A DNA stretch of 37,933 nt, taken from a virus. Every line of letters starts with the position of its first letter. Positions within the stretch are counted from its first letter, which is position 1. Made by a program: the position numbers and the translations under genes. The notes below the pieces were generated by a model that worked only from the letters and a program-made list of their open reading frames with translations, made no database searches and was not told the origin of the DNA. The stretch lies in IMG/VR virus record IMGVR_UViG_3300017598_000360, positions 1-37,933 of that record; one strand, given 5' to 3'. Shown piece by piece: positions 31,967-37,933 of this stretch.

Positions 31967-32128
31967 AATTTCATGGCAGAAAAACAAGTGATTAACCTCG
32001 TAAGCTGCCTCTATCAGATTAGCCGTTGCTCTATCGAATTCTGACCATTCTTTTTTACAGCAAATCGCTTGATGCGCTCGCCCCAACTCTTCCATGGCAT
32101 CATTGAATTCTTTTGTGTATTCGCTCAA
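31943..32128 (-). CDS. Hypothetical protein (61 aa)
   Basis: TTG start at 32128 forms a TTGA overlap with the upstream stop. The next in-frame ATG would give only about 50 aa. Confidence 0.5.
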   Translation of the reverse strand: MSEYTKEFNDAMEELGRAHQAICCKKEWSEFDRATANLIEAAYEVNHLFFCHEIKKRVEHF

Positions 32129-32496
32129 TGAATCATCCCCTTTATTTCCCTGTCTGCTCGTGCGTTATCTAGCTCTGACATTGGAATGCAACTAAGCACA
32201 AGATCCTCTTCACCAGTGATAATGTCGTCAATTGTTACGAATTCATGGTCTAACATCCTGAAAGTGAAATCAAAATCAAGGCCAAGCAAATACTTAATGG
32301 CATGCTCTGCATCATCCAGCACAACAGGCAGCAAAAATGAATTCTCCTGATATTTGTCAGAAACAGTCATCCCCCATATACCATCTTTCTTGGAAATGGT
32401 AAAAAGCCCCTCCCTTTCTTCTAATATGTATTGCCTTGATTTTGCATCAAACATGTCTTTCATTTTCATTAGCTTTTTCTTATCGCTATTTTTCAT
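32125..32496 (-). CDS. Hypothetical acidic protein (123 aa)
   Basis: ATG 32496, consistent strand. Confidence 0.6.
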   Translation of the reverse strand: MKNSDKKKLMKMKDMFDAKSRQYILEEREGLFTISKKDGIWGMTVSDKYQENSFLLPVVLDDAEHAIKYLLGLDFDFTFRMLDHEFVTIDDIITGEEDLVLSCIPMSELDNARADREIKGMIH

Positions 32497-32520
32497 AATA
32501 ATACCTCTCTATGTCTTGTG

Positions 32521-32694
32521 TTAGTCCTTGATTGAATCAGCTATCATTGGCGCAAGCATTACGTACATGTATGAAAATGCTATCCAGCCCCAGTTTTCAG
32601 GCTCCAGACCCCATCCCCACATCATGCCAGCAACTATTGACACTGGGATTACAGATATCAAAAAAAACAATGCTATCAATAATTTCATATTCAT
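32521..32694 (-). CDS. Small membrane protein (57 aa), unannotated in the track
   Basis: ATG 32694 with a GGAG SD 5 nt upstream. Translation: MNMKLLIALFFLISVIPVSIVAGMMWGWGLEPENWGWIAFSYMYVMLAPMIADSIKD. Preferred over the antisense plus-strand ORF 32532..32714. Confidence 0.55.
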   Translation of the reverse strand: MNMKLLIALFFLISVIPVSIVAGMMWGWGLEPENWGWIAFSYMYVMLAPMIADSIKD

Positions 32695-32710
32695 CTATCT
32701 CCGTTAGTGG

Positions 32711-32914
32711 CTAGTCTAGCTGCTCGAATAATTCAAGAAATCCAACAGACTTCCATCCGAGACAACCTGGCTCAACTTCAACGAGAGCCTTTTTCCCGTC
32801 AATGCGATTTACTGAAACAACAGAACCTTTTGGTAATGTAAACGCATCAAACCCAAACCTGGTTTGAATGTCGTTTTTAGCCTTCCACGATCCAATTAAT
32901 TCACTCATATTCAT
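32711..32914 (-). CDS. Hypothetical protein (67 aa)
   Basis: ATG start, consistent strand. Confidence 0.55.
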   Translation of the reverse strand: MNMSELIGSWKAKNDIQTRFGFDAFTLPKGSVVSVNRIDGKKALVEVEPGCLGWKSVGFLELFEQLD

Positions 32915-32917
32915 ATC

Positions 32918-33130
32918 CTAGTTATTGGTTATATAAACTTTTAGCGTATCACCTGGAAGAATGCATATACCCTCCAAGCTCGTCATGCGTGTGGCTTGCT
33001 CGCCATGCTCAACAGTAGCCATCTTTATGCAAGTCGTGTCGGCAGCCTTATTGATGAGCACTAGCCGCTTTCTTTCTTCAACGATAAACCCGCGCTTATT
33101 TGCTGCCCATTTGATTAGTTTATTGATCAT
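32918..33130 (-). CDS. Hypothetical protein (70 aa)
   Basis: ATG 33130. 11-nt overlap with the upstream gene. Confidence 0.55.
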   Translation of the reverse strand: MINKLIKWAANKRGFIVEERKRLVLINKAADTTCIKMATVEHGEQATRMTSLEGICILPGDTLKVYITNN

Positions 33131-33374
33131 CTTGATTAACCTCCGTCTTGTGCCGCCTAGAGCCTTCTAATTGCTGCTCTAGCTGCTTTATCACCCTGGC
33201 CTTAATCAGCACCTCAACTTCAAGAACTTTGTTGTCAGTGGTTAATTCTGAGACTTCTAGCTCTAGTTCTTCTACCCTTAGCTCTAATGCTGATTTAGCC
33301 CCTTCAAGCTCTGGAATCGTCATTGCTCGCTTAGTGCCTATTCCGCCTGATATCTGCCTTAATAGTTCACTCAT
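33120..33374 (-). CDS. Coiled-coil protein (84 aa)
   Basis: ATG 33374. Heptad-like ELRVEELELEVSELTTDNKVLEVEVLIKARVIKQLEQQLE. Confidence 0.55.
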   Translation of the reverse strand: MSELLRQISGGIGTKRAMTIPELEGAKSALELRVEELELEVSELTTDNKVLEVEVLIKARVIKQLEQQLEGSRRHKTEVNQDDQ

Positions 33375-33517
33375 GACTGATCAACCTTTTCTTGGATAAG
33401 CTCCCTAACAATAACCGTTATAGGCTTCTTAGTTCGCTTGGATTCTCTTACTAGCCACCGCTTTTGCTGCTTGGTGATCTCCTGTAATGCTAGCTGCGTG
33501 TCTTTCTTATGTGCCAT
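33371..33517 (-). CDS. Small basic protein (48 aa), first gene of the leftward early operon, unannotated in the track
   Basis: ATG 33517. ATGA overlap with the next gene. Translation: MAHKKDTQLALQEITKQQKRWLVRESKRTKKPITVIVRELIQEKVDQS. Confidence 0.5.
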   Translation of the reverse strand: MAHKKDTQLALQEITKQQKRWLVRESKRTKKPITVIVRELIQEKVDQS

Positions 33518-33599
33518 GTCAATTCCTGTGTTGTTGTAGTTAACGTAACAATAGATTAATTCTAATATTAAATCAATATAATAATATCAATAAAATATC
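33518..33599 (-). promoter_or_regulatory. AT-rich leftward early promoter region (several candidate -10 boxes, ATCAATA repeats)
   Basis: Minus-strand candidates are the extended -10 TGaTATTAT (reverse complement of 33581..33589) and TTGATT-17-TATTGT. (A/T)ATCAATA(T/A)AA occurs twice on the plus strand, about 15 nt apart (around 33572 and 33587). Confidence 0.35.
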
Positions 33600-33629
33600 T
33601 TGCCCTTTTTCACGGATGGGTGCTATATT
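33600..33629 (+). promoter_or_regulatory. Rightward early promoter (TTGCCC-18-TGcTATATT)
   Basis: -35 at 33600..33605 and an extended -10 at 33621..33629, 28 nt upstream of the 33657 ATG. The 14-mer GGTGCTATATTTAA is also present (minus strand) at 26536..26549. Confidence 0.5.
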
Positions 33630-33656
33630 TAATTCAACGCAACGGGAGATACGGAA

Positions 33657-33842
33657 ATGGAAGCACAACTAAGCACGAACGAAATTCACGCACTTTCTAT
33701 AATTATGGACGACTTGCAAAATCCAGTGCCTTGGCAAACTGAGTACAGACCAAACTATGACTTTTTCTGCCCTAAGTTTGGGTTAACTGAAGCGCGTACT
33801 AATGAACTTTGGCAGGAAGCAAAGAAAAGGATTGCTGCGTGA
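33657..33842 (+). CDS. Hypothetical protein (61 aa), first gene of the rightward operon
   Basis: ATG with a GGGAGA SD. Confidence 0.6.
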   Translation: MEAQLSTNEIHALSIIMDDLQNPVPWQTEYRPNYDFFCPKFGLTEARTNELWQEAKKRIAA

Positions 33843-34252
33843 GCGGCCAGAAATGGATCGTTAACTCAGACCACACGCGTGACGTATTTCTAGCGCACGC
33901 GGCTAAGTTATACGATGAGCATAAATATGTGGAGTTTAGTTTTAAAGTCGGTCAGCAGCGAACTAGCCAGCAGAACAGGGCGTTACACAAGTATTGCGAA
34001 CAGTTATCAAGCGCTTTCAATGATGCAGGGCTAGACGTTCACCACACTTTGAGCCAAGACATAGAGATACCCTGGAATCCTTTATTAGTTAAAGAGCTGA
34101 TTTGGAAAAAAGTGCAGATACCATTGCTGAATATCACGAGCACAACAAAGCTAGATAGAAAGCAATGCAGCGATGTTTACGAAGTAATTAACCGATATAC
34201 GGCAACTACCTTTTGTATTTCTTTGCCGTTCCCATGTAAAAACGATAACTAA
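33839..34252 (+). CDS. ninB: NinB-like recombination protein
   Basis: The track start (TTG 33809) was trimmed to GTG 33839, which forms a GTGA overlap with the upstream stop and has an AAGGA SD. VGQQRTSQQNRALHKYCEQLSSAFNDAGLD ... STTKLDRKQCSDVYEVINRY resembles the NinB/Orf family (from memory). Confidence 0.6.
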   Translation: MSGQKWIVNSDHTRDVFLAHAAKLYDEHKYVEFSFKVGQQRTSQQNRALHKYCEQLSSAFNDAGLDVHHTLSQDIEIPWNPLLVKELIWKKVQIPLLNITSTTKLDRKQCSDVYEVINRYTATTFCISLPFPCKNDN

Positions 34253-34276
34253 CACAGCTTATATGAGGGATAGATA

Positions 34277-34630
34277 ATGAGAGAGATAAAGTTTAGAGCC
34301 TGGGATACTGACAATAGAATTATGTGCATTGCTTCATCAAAGAAATATCAAATAATCGATACATCAACTCCAGTAAGCGAAAGCGCAAACATGGACAGAT
34401 ATGAATTAATGCAATACACCGGCCTCAAAGACAAAAACGGCGTAGAGATTTATGAGGGGGACATTGTTAAGTCTCGCCACTTCTTCCCTTCACCCGTCAA
34501 CTTTAAAGAGGGCTGCTTTTACTTTTGGGATTTGCCAGTAACAGACATGGATTTTTACGCTGACGAAGGCGACGCCGAATGGTCTGTTATCGGCAACATT
34601 TACGAGAACCCTGAACTCTTGGAGAACTAA
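34277..34630 (+). CDS. YopX-family protein
   Basis: MREIKFRAWDTDNRIM ... YELMQYTGLKDKNGVEIYEGDIV ... VIGNIYENPELLE is the classic YopX signature. Confidence 0.85.
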   Translation: MREIKFRAWDTDNRIMCIASSKKYQIIDTSTPVSESANMDRYELMQYTGLKDKNGVEIYEGDIVKSRHFFPSPVNFKEGCFYFWDLPVTDMDFYADEGDAEWSVIGNIYENPELLEN

Positions 34631-34631
34631 C

Positions 34632-34787
34632 ATGCTACGCAACGCTATATCAGCAGAGACTATTAACGCTATTCAACCAGCTTTGGACGCTCAGCCGACA
34701 AATCCAAATGAATTGCTAGAATGGGTTTTTATGGCTGGCGTAGCGTTGATTATTCTTGGAATAACTTGGTCGGAGCGAAACAAATGA
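34632..34787 (+). CDS. Small single-TM protein (51 aa), unannotated in the track
   Basis: ATG lies 1 nt after the YopX stop. ATGA overlap with the next gene. Translation: MLRNAISAETINAIQPALDAQPTNPNELLEWVFMAGVALIILGITWSERNK. Confidence 0.5.
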   Translation: MLRNAISAETINAIQPALDAQPTNPNELLEWVFMAGVALIILGITWSERNK

Positions 34788-35146
34788 ATGATGGGAAAAT
34801 CTGTGCAAATCCTGACTGCCACAAGCCGGGTGAAAGGCAGTCATTAACGAAATTCACCCCCAATACTAACAGGGTAGGACACATTGCTCGATGTAAGCAT
34901 TGTAATAACATAGCTCAGAAATCAATTAGGGCAGATAGAGAGATTTATGATTGCTTGATCAAGTCTATAAATAGAGAACCTTTTGTCCTTTGGCCTGAGA
35001 CCAAGCAACTAGCTATTGATGCTGTTAGCCGTGAACTAGAGGGAATGTTTGAAGATGGCTGGTACTGCAATCGCAGAAGAATACGAGGCTGTTTAGTCAA
35101 TCGATTAACAATCCATAAGGCGCACACTAATGAAAAGATGTTCTAA
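34784..35146 (+). CDS. Zinc-ribbon protein (120 aa)
   Basis: The track ORF was trimmed to ATG 34784 (MNDGKICANPDCHKPGERQSLTKF...CKHCNN), which forms an ATGA overlap with the upstream micro-ORF. Confidence 0.6.
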   Translation: MNDGKICANPDCHKPGERQSLTKFTPNTNRVGHIARCKHCNNIAQKSIRADREIYDCLIKSINREPFVLWPETKQLAIDAVSRELEGMFEDGWYCNRRRIRGCLVNRLTIHKAHTNEKMF

Positions 35147-35471
35147 TAAATACTGTAACTCGATAGGATCACTACAAATATTTGACGCTTTCGAAAAGGA
35201 GGGTAATAAATATTCGGACAAGTGTAAATCATGTATAGAACTGGAAGAACATACAGCACGCAGAAGGGCGGACCCAAAAGACTTTGTTGCCCAGCAAGCA
35301 ACTATTTTGCTGAGTCTTGAAAACGAGCAGGAAAAGCTTCAAAGCGTCAGAAGCGTGATGATTCAAATGGACGGCGGCAACTCGGCAGACAATCGCTGTA
35401 ACAGTTATGCGCGAAACTATCACCGGCATGTGATGGCGACAGTTAAGACATTAAAGGCGCTAGTGATATGA
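35130..35471 (+). CDS. Zinc-ribbon protein (113 aa), apparent paralogue of the preceding gene
   Basis: MKRCSNKYCNSIGSLQIFDAF...KCKSCIE has the same CxxxC...F...CxxC layout. Confidence 0.6.
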   Translation: MKRCSNKYCNSIGSLQIFDAFEKEGNKYSDKCKSCIELEEHTARRRADPKDFVAQQATILLSLENEQEKLQSVRSVMIQMDGGNSADNRCNSYARNYHRHVMATVKTLKALVI

Positions 35472-35773
35472 AACCAACCAGAATAAGAAGTAAAAAGTTA
35501 TTAGATGGCGCAAGGGGCGAAAACTGCACGATGAATGTCGCTGACTTCTGTAATTACGACAACACAACTACGGTAACCATGCATATCAATGTGGCGGGTG
35601 GTTGCATGGGCGGCAAGACAGGCGATACATCAACAGTTTATGGGTGCTCTGATTGCCATAGCTGGCTTGATCAAAATAAGGGTAGCGAGCTTGACCAATT
35701 GTATTACACGCGCCGAGCACTAGTTAGAACGCTAAATAGACGAATAGAACAGGGGTTATTTAAAATTGGCTAG
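35468..35773 (+). CDS. DUF1364 (YbcO-like) protein, putative nuclease
   Basis: LLDGARGENCTMNVADFCNYDNTTTVTMHIN...GGKTGDTSTVYGCSDCHSWLD fits DUF1364 as I remember it. ATGA overlap upstream. Confidence 0.65.
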   Translation: MKPTRIRSKKLLDGARGENCTMNVADFCNYDNTTTVTMHINVAGGCMGGKTGDTSTVYGCSDCHSWLDQNKGSELDQLYYTRRALVRTLNRRIEQGLFKIG

Positions 35774-36206
35774 ACGATTTAGAGTTCCATCGACTGATCA
35801 TAATCAGCTTGAGATAGTTAAGGCTCTTAGGGCTATATCAGGGGTCACCGTTCAAACTGAAATGGATGATTTGCTTGTTGGCTACAAAGGCAAAAACTAT
35901 TGGTTTGAGATTAAGCAAGAACCCAGGAGTACAGTAAAGCAATCTCAATATAAAATCCTGAAAGAATGGAAGGGGCACTACCTCTTTGCATTCTCAGTAG
36001 ACGACATCTTAGAGGATATCGGCATAACGCAAAGAACCATACCTCGTACTATATTTAATTCAGTATGGCACGCTTTGATTGCAGACGGGCAGACGCCAGC
36101 CAAGGCGAACAAGTGGGCTGATAGAACCGTAGTCAGGTATAAACAAAACCAATTTGAATCAGTTGAGCAACTAGTTGTAGACATGATCAGCGAGGGTAAA
36201 CGATGA
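35766..36206 (+). CDS. PD-(D/E)XK nuclease (VRR-NUC / resolvase-like)
   Basis: QLEIVKALRAISGVTVQTEMDDLLVGYKGKNYWFEIKQ contains a D...D-x(n)-E-x-K core. TTG start with an 8-nt overlap; there is no upstream in-frame ATG. Confidence 0.55.
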   Translation: MARRFRVPSTDHNQLEIVKALRAISGVTVQTEMDDLLVGYKGKNYWFEIKQEPRSTVKQSQYKILKEWKGHYLFAFSVDDILEDIGITQRTIPRTIFNSVWHALIADGQTPAKANKWADRTVVRYKQNQFESVEQLVVDMISEGKR

Positions 36207-36442
36207 AAAGATGTCACGTATGTGTAAAAGAAGGGCGGCTAGATACGGCCTGTATGAAGTGTAAGGACTTGAATCAGCTTGATTCTTTGCTGAGCGGCGA
36301 TTGTACCGAGCTACCTAAGATTGATATGGGTCAAGCTGTTACGAAAGAGGAAAAGGACGCGCTATGGCCCATAGATGAAAAGCGAATTGATATCATTGGG
36401 CCAAATGGGAATGATGGGGATCACTATGAAACACTTAATTGA
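36203..36442 (+). CDS. Hypothetical protein (79 aa) with an N-terminal CxxC..CxxC
   Basis: ATGA overlap upstream. Ends with the motif IDIIGPNGNDGDHY. Confidence 0.6.
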   Translation: MKRCHVCVKEGRLDTACMKCKDLNQLDSLLSGDCTELPKIDMGQAVTKEEKDALWPIDEKRIDIIGPNGNDGDHYETLN

Positions 36443-36491
36443 TTTCACGCTACTAATATTCGTCTTGTTCATGTGCGGCCTAGTGCTATGA
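36426..36491 (+). CDS. Possible 21-aa hydrophobic peptide
   Basis: Translation: MKHLIDFTLLIFVLFMCGLVL. Its stop forms an ATGA overlap with the next micro-ORF. Confidence 0.3.
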   Translation: MKHLIDFTLLIFVLFMCGLVL

Positions 36492-36589
36492 CATCGCTAG
36501 GCGAGCTAGTGCGCAAATACCATCTGTCTGACAACCCGGTTACTAGATCGGTTTATCGAACGATAATACAAGAGAGGTTTAACTTATGA
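36488..36589 (+). CDS. Possible 33-aa protein
   Basis: Translation: MTSLGELVRKYHLSDNPVTRSVYRTIIQERFNL. ATGA overlaps at both its start and its stop. Confidence 0.4.
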   Translation: MTSLGELVRKYHLSDNPVTRSVYRTIIQERFNL

Positions 36590-36795
36590 CTAAAGTCGTT
36601 AACTTAGATGATTATAAGCCACACCTAAGTATTGTGGGTGCCCACGGTGTCGCTCATGTCATTCCTCAGCAATGCTTGGTGGATGTGGCCAATGGTAGCC
36701 GAGAGATACACGAAGAGCTTCATGATGTAATAAGAGGCATAGTGAGAGAGCATTTAATAGATTTGGGCGTTGACCCTTCGGAGTTTGGCGAATGA
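36586..36795 (+). CDS. Hypothetical protein (69 aa)
   Basis: ATG with a GAGAGG SD. Confidence 0.6.
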   Translation: MTKVVNLDDYKPHLSIVGAHGVAHVIPQQCLVDVANGSREIHEELHDVIRGIVREHLIDLGVDPSEFGE

Positions 36796-36974
36796 CTGTA
36801 CAAATAATCAGCTATAAGTGTGAGAAGTGCGGCTATACGTATGCTGACATCAAGAGTGCTACAATGTGCGAGGAACAACACGCTAAGCGAAACAAGAAAG
36901 TCTTGTTTTTAGCACCCGATGAATACTACAGGAAGCAAGCCAATGGCAGGAAGACCGACGAAATCAAAAGCTAA
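36792..36974 (+). CDS. Zinc-ribbon protein (60 aa)
   Basis: ATGA overlap upstream. CEKCGYTY...CEEQH. Confidence 0.55.
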   Translation: MTVQIISYKCEKCGYTYADIKSATMCEEQHAKRNKKVLFLAPDEYYRKQANGRKTDEIKS

Positions 36975-37034
36975 ACCGAAAACTACGCAGCGAGCTAAAC
37001 CGAAACCAAAAAAGACACCTAAAAAGGCCTAGAA

Positions 37035-37493
37035 ATGGAACTAATAATCCCGTATTTGATATGTGTTGTAGCTTTTTTTCTGCATAAAGATTCAACAAAT
37101 CTAGCCGTTACGGGGTTGTTTGCCTTCTTTTATTCCGTAAGCCTCGCATTTCACACGCTCTTAGTCGAAGAGGTTCTAATATTCGAGGTTAATCTAGTTT
37201 TAACTGCCCTTTTCTATCTATGCCTCATTCAGTTTTCCAAAATTACTATGATGATGGTCATCTTTTGCGCCACTGATATCATATTGACATCAATAGATGT
37301 AGGGTCTTTATTAGCCTATAATTATTCGTGGAACGGTTTATATGATAACCTATATGACTTAGACAAGCCTTTTATAATAATGCAATATGCAGCTCTATGG
37401 GTGACCGATGGCGAGCGAGTTAACGTTAGGCGATTTTATGGTAATATTGTGGGCAGTATCCGTAATATTGCGATGCGCGTTTTTTATCGCTAA
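37035..37493 (+). CDS. Multi-pass membrane protein (152 aa, about 4 TM)
   Basis: Hydrophobic segments: LIIPYLICVVAFFL, VTGLFAFFYSVSLAF, LVLTALFYLCLIQF, MMMVIFCATDIILT. Confidence 0.6.
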   Translation: MELIIPYLICVVAFFLHKDSTNLAVTGLFAFFYSVSLAFHTLLVEEVLIFEVNLVLTALFYLCLIQFSKITMMMVIFCATDIILTSIDVGSLLAYNYSWNGLYDNLYDLDKPFIIMQYAALWVTDGERVNVRRFYGNIVGSIRNIAMRVFYR

Positions 37494-37556
37494 TCGTTAT
37501 GTTGACCAACAAAAACCCAAATTGCCCGATAGCCAAGGGATAGATCGAAGGAAAAA

Positions 37557-37823
37557 ATGATGCTGCATGATATGAAAGAACATTGGTTGCAAATCGCACA
37601 ATCAATGGTAGATATGAAGACAGGGCCAGCAGCAGCAGTGGCGACAGTATCAGGAGTAACAGCAGTAACAGTCCCAGCAGCAAGCACATTTACAATGAAT
37701 GATATTAGTGTCATGGCCGCTATATTCGCAGCGTCAGCAACGGGCTTTGTGATGGTTTTAAATGCGATTCTTAAAATACTAGAGATTAGGCGCGAATTAA
37801 AGAAAGACGACTCTAAAGACTAA
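37557..37823 (+). CDS. Holin/antiholin-like small membrane protein (88 aa)
   Basis: AGGA SD. Hydrophobic core (AAAVATVSGVTAVTV, VMAAIFAASATGFVMVLNAIL) followed by a highly charged tail (RRELKKDDSKD). Its stop TAA at 37821..37823 overlaps the stop of the convergent holin-like ORF. Confidence 0.5.
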   Translation: MMLHDMKEHWLQIAQSMVDMKTGPAAAVATVSGVTAVTVPAASTFTMNDISVMAAIFAASATGFVMVLNAILKILEIRRELKKDDSKD

Positions 37824-37933
37824 ACCCCATTCTTACTATTCTGATAATTAACCCCGAAACTAGCGCTTATTATCACACCGACCATTCCGGTAATTGGCAA
37901 AAATAGCTCAACGACTTTCTCAGTAGCTAACGA
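37820..37933 (-). CDS. 3' part of the same wrapped holin-like ORF (last 37 codons plus stop; 37900..37933 duplicates 1..34)
   Basis: In frame with 304..1 through the repeat. Translation: SLATEKVVELFLPITGMVGVIISASFGVNYQNSKNGV, stop TAG at 37822..37820. Confidence 0.55.
   Translation of the reverse strand, partial: SLATEKVVELFLPITGMVGVIISASFGVNYQNSKNGV
37900..37933. repeat. Right copy of the 34-nt terminal direct repeat
   Basis: Exact match to 1..34, compared base by base. Confidence 0.9.

Noticed and set aside
36943-37032. 29-aa very basic micro-ORF (MAGRPTKSKAKPKTTQRAKPKPKKTPKKA) overlapping the end of 36792..36974 in another frame.
   Set aside because: It has no SD and no clean coupling signal, and its lysine-rich composition could arise from an A-rich intergenic tail. 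It is left unannotated, though translation is not excluded.

Overview
The window is essentially one complete tailed-phage genome. An exact 34-nt direct repeat (1..34 = 37900..37933) closes it into a circle of about 37,899 unique bp, and one gene, a holin-like ORF, is split across the junction. No rRNA, tRNA, CRISPR array, integrase, CI-type repressor, reverse transcriptase or phage RNA polymerase was recognised.

Layout:
(1) A leftward late operon runs 21784 -> 1 on the minus strand. In order it encodes a LamG/repeat fibre-like protein, TerS, TerL, portal, scaffold, major capsid, a Bbp16-like cement protein, adaptor, a P22 gp10-like hub, small structural proteins, a GNAT-like protein, three ejection-type proteins, a beta-helix tailspike, an M23 peptidase and the holin.
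(2) Leftward early/middle operons run 33517 -> 22037. They carry many small ORFs, a DUF1376-type initiator plus DnaB, an Erf/YqaJ-exonuclease/SSB-like recombination module, and a stand-alone FtsK-gamma domain protein.
(3) A rightward nin-like operon runs 33657 -> 37823: NinB-like, YopX, zinc-ribbon paralogues, a DUF1364 protein, a PD-(D/E)XK nuclease and membrane/holin-like proteins.
(4) Two small opposite-strand islands are embedded in the leftward early region: a Cro/YdaS-like HTH cassette at 26618..26970, and an ORF-poor gap of about 0.73 kb at 31215..31967.

The gap in (4) is my top candidate for something undescribed. It holds a plus-strand promoter-like element, a long-range RNA helix, two micro-ORFs (one a 32-aa hydrophobic peptide) and an intrinsic terminator. 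Candidate interpretations are a moron, a type I toxin-like unit, or a structured RNA.

The virion module resembles P22/epsilon15/BPP-1-type podoviruses. All family names come from my memory of motifs and synteny; no database search was possible. The ORF track uses alternative start codons and a 60-aa cutoff, so I trimmed several starts and added about 17 shorter, mostly translationally coupled ORFs read directly from the sequence.
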